A stretch of DNA of 64,000 nucleotides from assembly GCA_964574215.1 (NCBI GenBank), contig CAZNLR010000025.1, forward strand, positions 1,818 to 65,817, written 5' to 3'. Position numbers and translations under genes: made by a program. How positions within the stretch are numbered: the first letter of the stretch is position 1; the number at the start of each line of letters is the position of its first letter. This document shows positions 55,227 through 64,000 of the stretch, piece by piece. This stretch comes from an uncultured Rhodospirillaceae bacterium. GTDB taxonomy: Bacteria > Pseudomonadota > Alphaproteobacteria > Rhodospirillales > UBA2165. Below the pieces are notes generated by a model, which was not told the DNA's origin, searched no databases, and was given only the letters and a program-made list of their open reading frames with translations.

Positions 55227-56450
55227 GTGGAGTTCGGCCAATTGCCGCCAATTCAGTTAAATAATCTTATCGGCGCGTTGCGCGCCCGCGTACCGAACCA
55301 CCTTTGGTTATTCGGCGCGGTTGCCTTGTTGGCGGTGATCGTCGGTGTTGCAGGCGCACTCAGCTTGAAAAATAACGGTAAAGACCGTCAGAAAATTGAC
55401 CATGTGGTGAATGGCTCAAATGGGGTGGTCAATCCAGTACCCCAAAAAAGAACCATTAAACCTGCAGAAAACAAACCGGCTGAAAAGCAGGCTGAATCGA
55501 ATGTCGAACCGGATGTGCCTTCCACTGCGAAACCGGAGCTGGCGCCCGTACCGGACCCTGAACCGGACCCTGAACCTGAAATCCATTACGAGGAGCCGCT
55601 GCCGGAAACGGTTCATGAAACGGCGTCGCTGCCGGAGCCAGTGCCTGATTTAGTGTTAAAAGAACCGGTGATCGTTCCCTATGCAGGATTCCCCGCTTGG
55701 CGAAAATACGCCAGGAATATGGCGGACATTCCACCGGGACCGCAGATTGCCATTGTGATTGATGATGCGGGGATCGATCGGCGCCGGACGGCGCAGGCGA
55801 TCAATCTGCCGGGGCCGTTGACCATCGCTTTTTTGACCTATGCCGGGGCCTTGGAGAAACAAACGAAAGCCGCCCGTCAGGCGGGGCACGAAATAATGGT
55901 TCATATGCCCATGCAGCCGATGAATGCGGACGTGGACCCGGGCCCAAATGTTCTAACGAATTCGTTGTCGCCCGAAGAGACGTTGAAACGTATTGTCTGG
56001 GGCCTGGACCGTCTTCAGGGTTATGTGGGCGTCAACAATCATATGGGCAGCCGGTTCACCGAATATGCCGGTGGTATGGAGATTTTGCTCAAGGAACTGA
56101 AGCGAAGGGGACTGCTTTTTCTCGATTCCCGCACCTCTACCAAAAGTGTCGGCGCCGGCATCGCTTTGGCCATCGATCTGCCGTTTGCCGAACGGAACGT
56201 CTTTTTGGATAATGTTCCGGAGGTTGCTGCCGTTAACAAACAACTGAAATTATTGGAGAGTGTCGCCAAGCGCCAAGGCTACGCCATTGCCATCGGCCAT
56301 CCACGGGATGCGACCATCTTCGCACTTTCCCAATGGTTGGCGGTCATCGCCGAAAAAGGCCTGGTGCAAGTGCCGATCAGCGCCATTGTTGCCCGCCGGC
56401 AGGGGATGGCCCAAGTGGGGCTTCCTGTGGAGCCTAAAAAGTCAGAATAA
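55227..56450 (+). CDS. Divergent polysaccharide deacetylase family protein with TM anchor and Pro/Glu-rich linker
   Basis: IAIVIDDAG, HMPMQP, GVNNHMGSRFT, FLDSRT, RNVFLD, AIAIGHP; start codon uncertain. Confidence 0.85.
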   Translation: MEFGQLPPIQLNNLIGALRARVPNHLWLFGAVALLAVIVGVAGALSLKNNGKDRQKIDHVVNGSNGVVNPVPQKRTIKPAENKPAEKQAESNVEPDVPSTAKPELAPVPDPEPDPEPEIHYEEPLPETVHETASLPEPVPDLVLKEPVIVPYAGFPAWRKYARNMADIPPGPQIAIVIDDAGIDRRRTAQAINLPGPLTIAFLTYAGALEKQTKAARQAGHEIMVHMPMQPMNADVDPGPNVLTNSLSPEETLKRIVWGLDRLQGYVGVNNHMGSRFTEYAGGMEILLKELKRRGLLFLDSRTSTKSVGAGIALAIDLPFAERNVFLDNVPEVAAVNKQLKLLESVAKRQGYAIAIGHPRDATIFALSQWLAVIAEKGLVQVPISAIVARRQGMAQVGLPVEPKKSE

Positions 56451-57360
56451 TCTTGCCCCGAATATGGCCCGTTTCCGATTGCCGGTGAGCTTCGGCGGCT
56501 TGCGCCACGGGGTATTCGTGGACGGGTAGGGGGTTAAGGGCGCCCTCGGCTGCCAATGCCATCAATTTGCGCAAGGGGCTGCCTTCATCCTTGACCATCA
56601 CCACTTTGGTGGTGACGCCGTAAGTTTCCGATAAATCCTCTATCGGGGCGGCATTGACGCAGACCATTGTGCCGCCCTTTTTTAGGACCTCGTAGGAGCG
56701 TTTGTGTACTTCGCCGCCCATGGTGTCGAAAACCACGTCCATATCAGATAGTTCCTCGGTGAAATCCTGATGGTCATAGGCGATCACAGGCGACGCACCG
56801 AGGGATTCGACGAAATCGACATTGGCTTGGCTGCAAGTGGCGCTGACGGCCGCCCCTAGATGACGGGCAATCTGAATGGCGTACCCACCCACACCCCCAG
56901 CACCGGCATGAACCAAAACGCTTTTACCATCTAATTCGCCGGCATCTTCGGCGATGGCGATCCAGGACGTGACGCCGGAAAGGGGAATACCTGCTGCTTC
57001 TGCAAAAGACAGCGAACTCGGCATAGGAGATACTCGGTCTGACGGCAAGGTCACCAATTCGGCATAGGAGCCTTTTTCGCGCCCAGGAACGAATACAACG
57101 TTGTCGCCGGGGTTGAAGTCCGCAACGTCGGTTCCGACCGCTTCGACCACGCCGGCGCCGTCCCGTCCGGGGGTGACCGGAAACTGCTGGGGAAAAACTT
57201 TCTGCAAATAGCCCGCCCTGATTTTCCAATCGATGGGATTGACGCTGGCGGCTTTAACCAGAATTTTGACTTCGCCCGGCGCCGGATCGGCGGCATCGGG
57301 AAGGTCGCTATATTGCAATACGTCAGCAGATCCATATTCATTATAAATTATTGCTTTCAT
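56434..57360 (-). CDS. NADP-dependent oxidoreductase (MDR/quinone reductase-like)
   Basis: SVNPIDWKIRAG, GRDGAGVV, HAGAGGVG, GHIRGKIIL. Confidence 0.88.
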   Translation of the reverse strand: MKAIIYNEYGSADVLQYSDLPDAADPAPGEVKILVKAASVNPIDWKIRAGYLQKVFPQQFPVTPGRDGAGVVEAVGTDVADFNPGDNVVFVPGREKGSYAELVTLPSDRVSPMPSSLSFAEAAGIPLSGVTSWIAIAEDAGELDGKSVLVHAGAGGVGGYAIQIARHLGAAVSATCSQANVDFVESLGASPVIAYDHQDFTEELSDMDVVFDTMGGEVHKRSYEVLKKGGTMVCVNAAPIEDLSETYGVTTKVVMVKDEGSPLRKLMALAAEGALNPLPVHEYPVAQAAEAHRQSETGHIRGKIILTF

Positions 57361-57379
57361 TCCAAATTCCTCCCGTTAC

Positions 57380-58921
57380 TCATTTATTCAGGCGGGCCTC
57401 AAGGTCATGGCGCTTGATTTTACCGTTGGCGCTCCGCGGCACCTGGTCGGCTGCAATAAAGTAAATTTCTTTGGGGCATTTAAAGCCCGCCAGTTTTTGC
57501 CGGCACATTTGCTGCACATCGTCCGCCGTCAAGCTATCGGCGGCCGGAACGACAAAGGCGACGGGTATCTCACCCCATTTTTCATCGGCTTGGCGTACCA
57601 CGGCGGCATCTTCTATCTGGGGTGCGGCCAGCAGGACCTGCTCGATTTCAGCCGGGTACACGTTTTCGCCGCCGGTTTTGATCATATATTTGGCGCGGTC
57701 GACAAAATCGAGGGTTCCGTCGTCGTTGCGGCGCAGCATATCGCCGGTCCGGAACCAGCCGACTTTGAAATCCGATTGGTTGGTTTCGTCCGCCTGCCAG
57801 TAGCCACTGAACAACGTTGGGCCGCGGACCTCGAGGATTCCGGGCTCGCCGACGGCGACTTCCGAACCGTCCGGATTGACGAGACGGACCTCGCAAAACG
57901 AACTCTGCCGTTTCGACAGTTTTTCGGGGGCCTCGCCGACCGGAATCAAATTGCCGGTGGCTGGCGGGAAGCCGACTTCGGTGGACCCGAAGCTGTTGAG
58001 ATAAGGCGCATCCAATAATGAGGTGAGTTCCGCTATCTGCTGGCGGGGTACCAGATCCGGCATGACGCCCACTACTTGAACATTTTTGACCAGGGTTTCG
58101 GTGTTTTTGAGAGCCGCAATGAAGGATGCCGTCATACCGGGCACCGCGATAAACCAGCCGATATTCTCGTTGGCCACCGCATCGAGAAGAGCCGCCTCGT
58201 CGTAACCGTCGATGACGATTACTTTTCCACCCCGCAGCAAAGTCCCGATTGAGGGGTCGGTTGATCCCATGTGGCAGAGGGGCGTCCAGGCGGGGAAGGT
58301 ATCGTTGAACGGCAGCATAACCTCGGTCGCGCCGGTCATGGCGCGGGCGATCATGGCCCGATGGCTGATAACCGCGCCCTTTGGTAGTCCCGTGGTGCCA
58401 CTCGTATAGAGAATGATGAAACCGTCTTCCTGCGATACGTTATATTTGGGTTCTTCGGGCGAAGATGCCGTTAACAGGGCTTCATAGTCGGAACCCAGTA
58501 TCAATTGCTCCGACGGCTTATATCCTTCGTCGGACAAGGTTACGGCGTACTCGTCCTGCAAAATGACCAGTTTGGGTGAGACCAGTTCGATGCAGTAAAT
58601 CAGTTCTTCGCCAACCAACCGCCAGTTGATACAGGCGGCAATGACGCCAATTTTAGCTGCCGCCAGTTGAATTTCCAGATATTCGGCTCGATTTCGGGAA
58701 ATCAACGCCAGTCGGTCGCCGCTGGACAAACCCCTATCGGTTAAAGCGTTGGAAAGTCGGTTGATCCGGTCGTTTAGTTCGGCGTAAGTCCGGTGAATGG
58801 CGCCGCAAGAAAGGGCGATAGCGTTGCCGTTGGCGCGTACCTGCTGGGTAAACAGACCGCCGACCGACGATGAACCGGCGGCAAGTATATTGGCGGATGG
58901 TTGAAAACTGTCACCTGCCAT
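57380..58921 (-). CDS. AMP-dependent acyl/aryl-CoA ligase
   Basis: YTSGTTGLPKG, FGSTE, FRTGD, IKTGGENVYPAEIE, PRSANGKI; ATG at 58921 with GGAG RBS inside the trpE end. Confidence 0.88.
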   Translation of the reverse strand: MAGDSFQPSANILAAGSSSVGGLFTQQVRANGNAIALSCGAIHRTYAELNDRINRLSNALTDRGLSSGDRLALISRNRAEYLEIQLAAAKIGVIAACINWRLVGEELIYCIELVSPKLVILQDEYAVTLSDEGYKPSEQLILGSDYEALLTASSPEEPKYNVSQEDGFIILYTSGTTGLPKGAVISHRAMIARAMTGATEVMLPFNDTFPAWTPLCHMGSTDPSIGTLLRGGKVIVIDGYDEAALLDAVANENIGWFIAVPGMTASFIAALKNTETLVKNVQVVGVMPDLVPRQQIAELTSLLDAPYLNSFGSTEVGFPPATGNLIPVGEAPEKLSKRQSSFCEVRLVNPDGSEVAVGEPGILEVRGPTLFSGYWQADETNQSDFKVGWFRTGDMLRRNDDGTLDFVDRAKYMIKTGGENVYPAEIEQVLLAAPQIEDAAVVRQADEKWGEIPVAFVVPAADSLTADDVQQMCRQKLAGFKCPKEIYFIAADQVPRSANGKIKRHDLEARLNK

Positions 58922-58926
58922 ATCGT

Positions 58927-60450
58927 TTAATTCTCCCCAACGGCGAATTTCACGGCTTCTTCCGCCGCCCGGATCAAGGCACGCGCTTTGTTTCGGCATT
59001 CCTGGAATTCGGAATCCGGATCACTGTCGGCAACAATGCCTGCGCCAGCCTGTACATAGAGGGTTTTGTCCTTTAGTACGGCCGTTCGGAGGGCGATGCA
59101 GGTATCCATATCGCCGTTGGCCCCGAAATAGCCGATGCAACCGGCATAAATGCCGCGTTTTACCGTCTCCAACTCGTCGATAATCTCCATCGCCCGGACT
59201 TTCGGCGCACCGGAGACCGTGCCCGCCGGGTACCCCGACATCAAAGCGTCGATGGCGTCGTGTTTATCATCGTCAATCTCACCCTCGACGTTGGAGACGA
59301 TATGCATGACGTGGGAATAGTGTTCGATAATCATCTGATCGGTGACATTCACAGTGCCGATTTTGGCCACCCGGCCCACATCGTTGCGCCCAAGGTCGAG
59401 CAACATCAGATGCTCGGCCAATTCCTTGGGATCGGCCAGCAAATCATCGGCCAATTCCTTGTCTTCGGTCGCATTTTTTCCCCTCGGGCGGGTGCCGGCG
59501 ATGGGGCGGATGGTGACCCGTCCGTCCCGCAGCCTCACCATCAGTTCCGGGCTGGAGCCGATAATCGAGAAATCGCCGAAATCGAGAAAAAACAGAAAGG
59601 GCGACGGGTTAACGCGCCGGAGCGCCCGGTAAAAGGACAGGGGCGGCAGGTCGAAAGGGACGGAATAGCGTTGCGACAGGACCACCTGAAAAACATCGCC
59701 GGCAAGAATATATTCTTTGCCCTTGTTGACGATGTTATGGAATTCTTCTTGGGTCATATTGGAGACCGGTTCCGGTAAATGCGCGATATCGATGTCTTCG
59801 TCGGACGGCCGGGGGAGAGAGGCCGCCAGATCATCCAAAATCCGGCCAAGACGCGACAAGGCTTTTTCATAGGCGATTTCAGCCGACACGTCGCTGTCGG
59901 GCCGAACCGGCGTAACCACGGTTATTTGATCTTCAATGGTGTCGAAGACGGCGATAATCGTGGGACGAAGATACTGACCGTCCGGCACGTCGATGCCGCT
60001 AGGGTTGTTGTCCGGGATATTTTCCACCAGCCGGATCGAATCATATCCCATATAGCCGAAGAGGCCGGTCGTCATGGGTGGCATGTTATCGGGTAAATCG
60101 ACTGTTGATTCCGCCAGCAAGGCCCGAAAAGAGGCCAAAGCGCCTTTTTGTTCTGAGATTGGGCAGGCTTCGAAGTCGGAATTGTCCTCTAAGGCGTTGC
60201 GGTTGATATCGGCACTGTCACCGAAACACCGCCAGATTAAATCCGGGCGCAGGCCCAAGAACGAATATCGGCCCCGGATTGCGCCGCTCTCCACGGATTC
60301 GAGTAAAAAACTGTTGGCTTCGCCTTTGGCCAGCTTGATCATCGCTGAAACCGGCGTTTCCAGATCGGCAATCAGTTTGGTCGATACGACTTGGGCTCGA
60401 CCGGCGCTGTATTCGGTTTCAAACGCGTTAAGGTCGGGCGAAACCTGCAT
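58927..60450 (-). CDS. trpE: Anthranilate synthase component I
   Basis: SFLLESVE, NPSPF, PIAGTRPRG, EHLMLLDLGRND, GTVSGAPK, QAGAGIVADS. Confidence 0.95.
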   Translation of the reverse strand: MQVSPDLNAFETEYSAGRAQVVSTKLIADLETPVSAMIKLAKGEANSFLLESVESGAIRGRYSFLGLRPDLIWRCFGDSADINRNALEDNSDFEACPISEQKGALASFRALLAESTVDLPDNMPPMTTGLFGYMGYDSIRLVENIPDNNPSGIDVPDGQYLRPTIIAVFDTIEDQITVVTPVRPDSDVSAEIAYEKALSRLGRILDDLAASLPRPSDEDIDIAHLPEPVSNMTQEEFHNIVNKGKEYILAGDVFQVVLSQRYSVPFDLPPLSFYRALRRVNPSPFLFFLDFGDFSIIGSSPELMVRLRDGRVTIRPIAGTRPRGKNATEDKELADDLLADPKELAEHLMLLDLGRNDVGRVAKIGTVNVTDQMIIEHYSHVMHIVSNVEGEIDDDKHDAIDALMSGYPAGTVSGAPKVRAMEIIDELETVKRGIYAGCIGYFGANGDMDTCIALRTAVLKDKTLYVQAGAGIVADSDPDSEFQECRNKARALIRAAEEAVKFAVGEN

Positions 60451-60459
60451 GATGTTATG

Positions 60460-62340
60460 CTAGTTGATCTCGTCAACGGCTTTGCGGTTGACGGTGACGC
60501 CGATTTTATTCCGCAGGGCATTGCCCAATTGAACCGTCAGGTCTTCCGCCAATCCGCCGCTTAGCTGATCCTTCAACTGATCGAACCCCTTTTTGTCGGC
60601 AACGGGATCGGCCGCTTTGATTTCCTTCAAAACTGCGATGAAATGGGCGCCGTTGCCTTCTGCCGAGACCGCGTCGCCGGAAGCCGCTTTAAAGAGCTTA
60701 CCGATGAGTCCGCCCGGCAGCTGTTGTTTCAATCCTTGGCCATTGCGGAGGAACGGTTCGGTGGTTTTGGTGGTCAAATTCAATTCCTTGGCAATATCGC
60801 CAATTTTTGCCGAGCTTTTCAGACCTTCCATCAGTTTTTTGACGTTTTTGTCCGCGGCTTTGGATTGTTGATCCTCTTTCCACACGGTCGCGACTTTGGC
60901 GAAAACGGTATCAAAGGGTCTCAACGCCGGGGGAATGGTTTTATCCACATGAAGAATAAAATACCCGTTCTGGCCATCGTCGGTAAGATTGCTGTCTTCG
61001 CCATCGGGGGTTTCAAAGGCCGTTTTAACGACTCCCGGGGTTATATCTTCGACCTGTTTCTCTTGAACATTTTGGCCGCCATTGGACAAAAACGGAATCT
61101 TCCGAACTTTGAAATTCAGGCGTTTGGCCGCCTCTTCGAGAGTTGCGCCGCCACCCATTTCGTCCTCGAATTTATTCGAAAGATCGTAGAGCGTATCGAC
61201 CGCCAGTTCCTCGGCTATATTCTTTTTAATGTCGCCACCGACATCGGCCAGAGTCTTTAACGTGGCAGCCTGAATAGCGCTCACACGTAGAATATGCCAA
61301 CCCAGAACGGTTTTGACAGGTTCGGAAAAAGTGTTGGGGGCCAGTTTAAACGCCGCGTCGGCCAATTCGGGCAAAGGAAGAAGATTGCGGCTTAGGGTAC
61401 CGAGTTCCATTGTGGATTTTTCGATATTCAGGTCGTCTTTGGCGACTTTAAAAAATTCACCGCCTTGCAAGAGTTTCCGGTAGACCTCGCGAACTTTCTT
61501 TTCGTCGGACGCCAGAATCTGCTGAATGGTTCTTTTTTCAGGGGTTTTGAACTCGTTAATGCGGTTCTCGTATTCCTCTTTGATGCGGGCTTCCGGCACT
61601 TGGATTTCATCGACGACGTCGTTGATACGCATTTGAACCAGTGTCACCTCGCGGAATTCCGGCGCCGTGAACAGCTTGGCGTTATCCTTGTGGTATTTCT
61701 TCAACATCTGGTCATCGACCGGCGGAATGGAGCGAATGGCCTTGTGGTCAATCCGCAGGACCTCTGCGATCCGCTTTTCATTACGGTATCGATAGATCGA
61801 ATCGGCTAAAGCTGCGGGGGCCTTGCGGCCCAACTCGATACCGCTCAGCAGCTGGCTGCGCATCAAATCACCGCGAAATAAAAGGGCATAGCTGCTCTCG
61901 TTGAGACCGGCATTATAGATGGCCTGGGTGAATATATTGCGGTCGAAATGGCCGGTCGAAGATTGGAAGCGCGGGTCAGCCTTGATTTCCTTGGATACCA
62001 GGACGTCGTCCACTAACAGTCCGATGTCCTTGGCGCCTTCGGAAAACAGCCGCCGTTGAATCATCTGATCCAGCACCGAATCGACCACGCCCAAGGCCCT
62101 GGCCTGTTCGGTGGTGAAATCATTGCCAAACAGGCTGCGCATTCTGTTAACCCTTTGATTAAACTGGGTCGATAGTTCGCGGGGGGTAATTTCCAATTCC
62201 CCGATAGTCGCCACAGCGGAGTTGGTCGGCCCCGGCGTGATGTAGTCGCCAACCCCCCAAATACCAAAGCTAATAATAAGCAGCCCAAGCAAAATCTTGG
62301 CGCCCCAGTTCATAATAGATTTGCGAAAGTTGCCTGACAT
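60460..62340 (-). CDS. ppiD: PpiD-like membrane-anchored periplasmic chaperone (SurA-N plus parvulin domains)
   Basis: LIISFGIWG anchor, TAPEFRE, SEPVKTVLGWHI; usual position between tpiA and trpE. Confidence 0.85.
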   Translation of the reverse strand: MSGNFRKSIMNWGAKILLGLLIISFGIWGVGDYITPGPTNSAVATIGELEITPRELSTQFNQRVNRMRSLFGNDFTTEQARALGVVDSVLDQMIQRRLFSEGAKDIGLLVDDVLVSKEIKADPRFQSSTGHFDRNIFTQAIYNAGLNESSYALLFRGDLMRSQLLSGIELGRKAPAALADSIYRYRNEKRIAEVLRIDHKAIRSIPPVDDQMLKKYHKDNAKLFTAPEFREVTLVQMRINDVVDEIQVPEARIKEEYENRINEFKTPEKRTIQQILASDEKKVREVYRKLLQGGEFFKVAKDDLNIEKSTMELGTLSRNLLPLPELADAAFKLAPNTFSEPVKTVLGWHILRVSAIQAATLKTLADVGGDIKKNIAEELAVDTLYDLSNKFEDEMGGGATLEEAAKRLNFKVRKIPFLSNGGQNVQEKQVEDITPGVVKTAFETPDGEDSNLTDDGQNGYFILHVDKTIPPALRPFDTVFAKVATVWKEDQQSKAADKNVKKLMEGLKSSAKIGDIAKELNLTTKTTEPFLRNGQGLKQQLPGGLIGKLFKAASGDAVSAEGNGAHFIAVLKEIKAADPVADKKGFDQLKDQLSGGLAEDLTVQLGNALRNKIGVTVNRKAVDEIN

Positions 62341-62535
62341 ATTCCGATCCGAAATGCGTTAAATTAATGAGGATAATATACCTGCCTCGAAAGAGCGCGG
62401 CATCATAAGAGCGTGAAGGGCAGGCGGCAATACAGAATAAGCGAAATAGCAAGAATACGGATCAATGTGGCCAGTGCCGAACGGCTGTGATAAAGAGACG
62501 CCGTTTCTATCGAATAGTCCGAAGGAAAAGACCCC

Positions 62536-63300
62536 ATGAGCAATACCAGACGGCCACTGATCGCGGGTAACTGGAAAATGAATGGTTTACGTGCGGAAGC
62601 GATCGCCCTAGCCGGTGATTTAGCTTCGAAGATGAAGGACAATCCGTCGTCTTCCTTTGATATGCTGTTATGTCCGCCGGCAACAGGCATTGAAACCGTT
62701 GGTACGGCAACGGCTGATTCCGGTCTTTTTTTGGGTGGGCAAGACTGCCATGCCAATCAATCGGGCGCCCATACCGGCGATATCAGCGCCGAAATGCTGG
62801 CCGATGTGAATTGCGCCTACGGCATTGTCGGCCATTCCGAGCGCCGTACCGATCATGGTGAAGGTGATGATACGGTAAAAGCCAAAGCCGAAGCGGCACT
62901 GCGGGCGGGATTGATCGCTATTGTCTGTGTCGGCGAGACTGAAGAGCAAAGAGACGCCGGTAAGACCATGGACGTCGTCGCCGACCAGATCTCCGGCTCG
63001 CTGCCCGATGGCGCATCGGCGGCGAGTCTTGTGGTTGCTTATGAGCCCGTCTGGGCCATCGGCACCGGCAGGACGCCGACCAGCGACGAGGTACAGGAAG
63101 TCCATGCCATGATGCGGCGTAAACTGGGTGAACTTATCGGCGAAGAAGAGGCCGGTAAAACCCGTTTGCTCTATGGCGGATCGGTGAAGCCGGCCAATGC
63201 CGTTGAACTGATGGGGCTTGAGGACGTCGACGGCGCGCTGGTTGGCGGCGCCAGCCTCAATGCCGACGATTTTTGGGCTATTGCACAAAGTTGTCCGTAA
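62536..63300 (+). CDS. tpiA: Triosephosphate isomerase
   Basis: [36 protein letters not shown]. Confidence 0.97.
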   Translation: MSNTRRPLIAGNWKMNGLRAEAIALAGDLASKMKDNPSSSFDMLLCPPATGIETVGTATADSGLFLGGQDCHANQSGAHTGDISAEMLADVNCAYGIVGHSERRTDHGEGDDTVKAKAEAALRAGLIAIVCVGETEEQRDAGKTMDVVADQISGSLPDGASAASLVVAYEPVWAIGTGRTPTSDEVQEVHAMMRRKLGELIGEEEAGKTRLLYGGSVKPANAVELMGLEDVDGALVGGASLNADDFWAIAQSCP

Positions 63301-63426
63301 AAAGTCACGAACGAACTATTACTACTGGTCAAAACCCTAGCGACAGTCTAAAAAGCGCCTAAATTATGCACATATTTGTGCCGTTGGAATTTACCACGGC
63401 TAATTAAGCGGAATCGGAAGAACGTT

Positions 63427-63771
63427 ATGACGACAGTAGTTATCGTTATTCACTTGCTGTTGGCGATTGCCATGATCTTTTTGGTATTGATCCAACAAAG
63501 CGAAGGCGGCGGCCTCGGAATCGGCGGTGGCGGCGGCGGTGGCGGCGGTATGGGTGGTTTTATGACCGGACGCGCCACGGCAAACCTGTTGACCCGGTCA
63601 ACGGCCATTCTCGCAGCGGCTTTTTTCGTCACCAGTATGACCTTGGCGATCATGGGTGATCAGGGCCGCCAGCGGGGTTCGATCCTGGATCGTACGCCGG
63701 AACCGGCGAATCAAACGCAGACACCGGCGTTACCGGCCTTACCACCGGTGCCAAGCGCGCCAAGCAAGTAG
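63427..63771 (+). CDS. secG: Preprotein translocase subunit SecG
   Basis: VLIQQSEGGG, NLLTRSTAILA; Gly-rich loop; lies between tpiA and pyrG. Confidence 0.9.
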   Translation: MTTVVIVIHLLLAIAMIFLVLIQQSEGGGLGIGGGGGGGGGMGGFMTGRATANLLTRSTAILAAAFFVTSMTLAIMGDQGRQRGSILDRTPEPANQTQTPALPALPPVPSAPSK

Positions 63772-63800
63772 GAAATAATGCAACAAATTCAAAGAGTTGA

Positions 63801-63836
63801 AAAAGAGGCGGCAAAATTGTCGCCTCTTCTCTTTTT
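63801..63836 (+). terminator. Intrinsic terminator after secG
   Basis: AAGAGGCGGCAA-AA-TTGTCGCCTCTT followed by CTCTTTTT. Confidence 0.7.
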
Positions 63837-63868
63837 AGCCGGCTTCAGTTGATATAGATTATCGGTCC

Positions 63869-64000
63869 ATGACGCGTTTTATATTTATTACCGGCGGCGT
63901 GGTTTCCTCATTAGGAAAAGGGCTGGCTTCAGCGGCTCTCGCCTCTCTCCTCCAAGCTCGTGGTTTCAAAGTCCGGCTTCGCAAGCTGGACCCCTATATC
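63869..64000 (+). CDS. pyrG: CTP synthase (runs off the 3' window edge)
   Basis: Manual translation [44 protein letters not shown]. Confidence 0.95.
   Translation, partial: MTRFIFITGGVVSSLGKGLASAALASLLQARGFKVRLRKLDPYI

Noticed and set aside
55545-55585. CCGGACCCTGAA repeat in the deacetylase linker; also Gly-Asn codon runs in dnaE and Gly codon runs in secG
   Set aside because: Short in-frame low-complexity linkers; ordinary.
58922-58999. Track start of the acyl-CoA ligase inside trpE
   Set aside because: It overlaps trpE by 73 bp; ATG 58921 has its own RBS.
60941-60949. TTATCCACA inside ppiD
   Set aside because: A single DnaA-box match in coding sequence with no cluster; not an origin.

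Overview
Core-genome window from an alphaproteobacterium; gene order and proteins look Rhodospirillales-like (inference). It contains nuoD-N, birA-coaX-rnj, a small AT-richer islet (tag, CBS protein, sulfotransferase-like gene, Ala-rich secreted protein), proS-lolE-lolD-dnaE, the rpsB-tsf-pyrH-frr-uppS-cdsA-dxr-rseP-bamA-skp-lpxD-fabZ-lpxA-lpxI/B cluster, gloA, gltA, gltX, comEC, lexA, moeA, moaC, a trp cluster interrupted by copA-cueR and three other genes, then ppiD, tpiA, secG and the start of pyrG. The main hidden feature is absent from the ORF track: a 70-aa Cys-rich GDCCVxC-type protein on the minus strand between dnaE and rpsB (26476..26264). Its in-frame TGA falls at a position that is Cys in the family and is followed by an fdhF-like SECIS hairpin, so it is probably a selenoprotein. 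Other oddities are a single-ORF LpxI-LpxB fusion, a ~190-aa Ala/Thr/Ser insert in a small secreted protein, an inverted pair of REP-like elements plus a DnaA box before dnaE, and an acyl-CoA ligase coupled to trpE. No tRNA, rRNA, CRISPR array, transposase or integrase was seen. All family assignments come from motif recognition by eye; no database searches were run.
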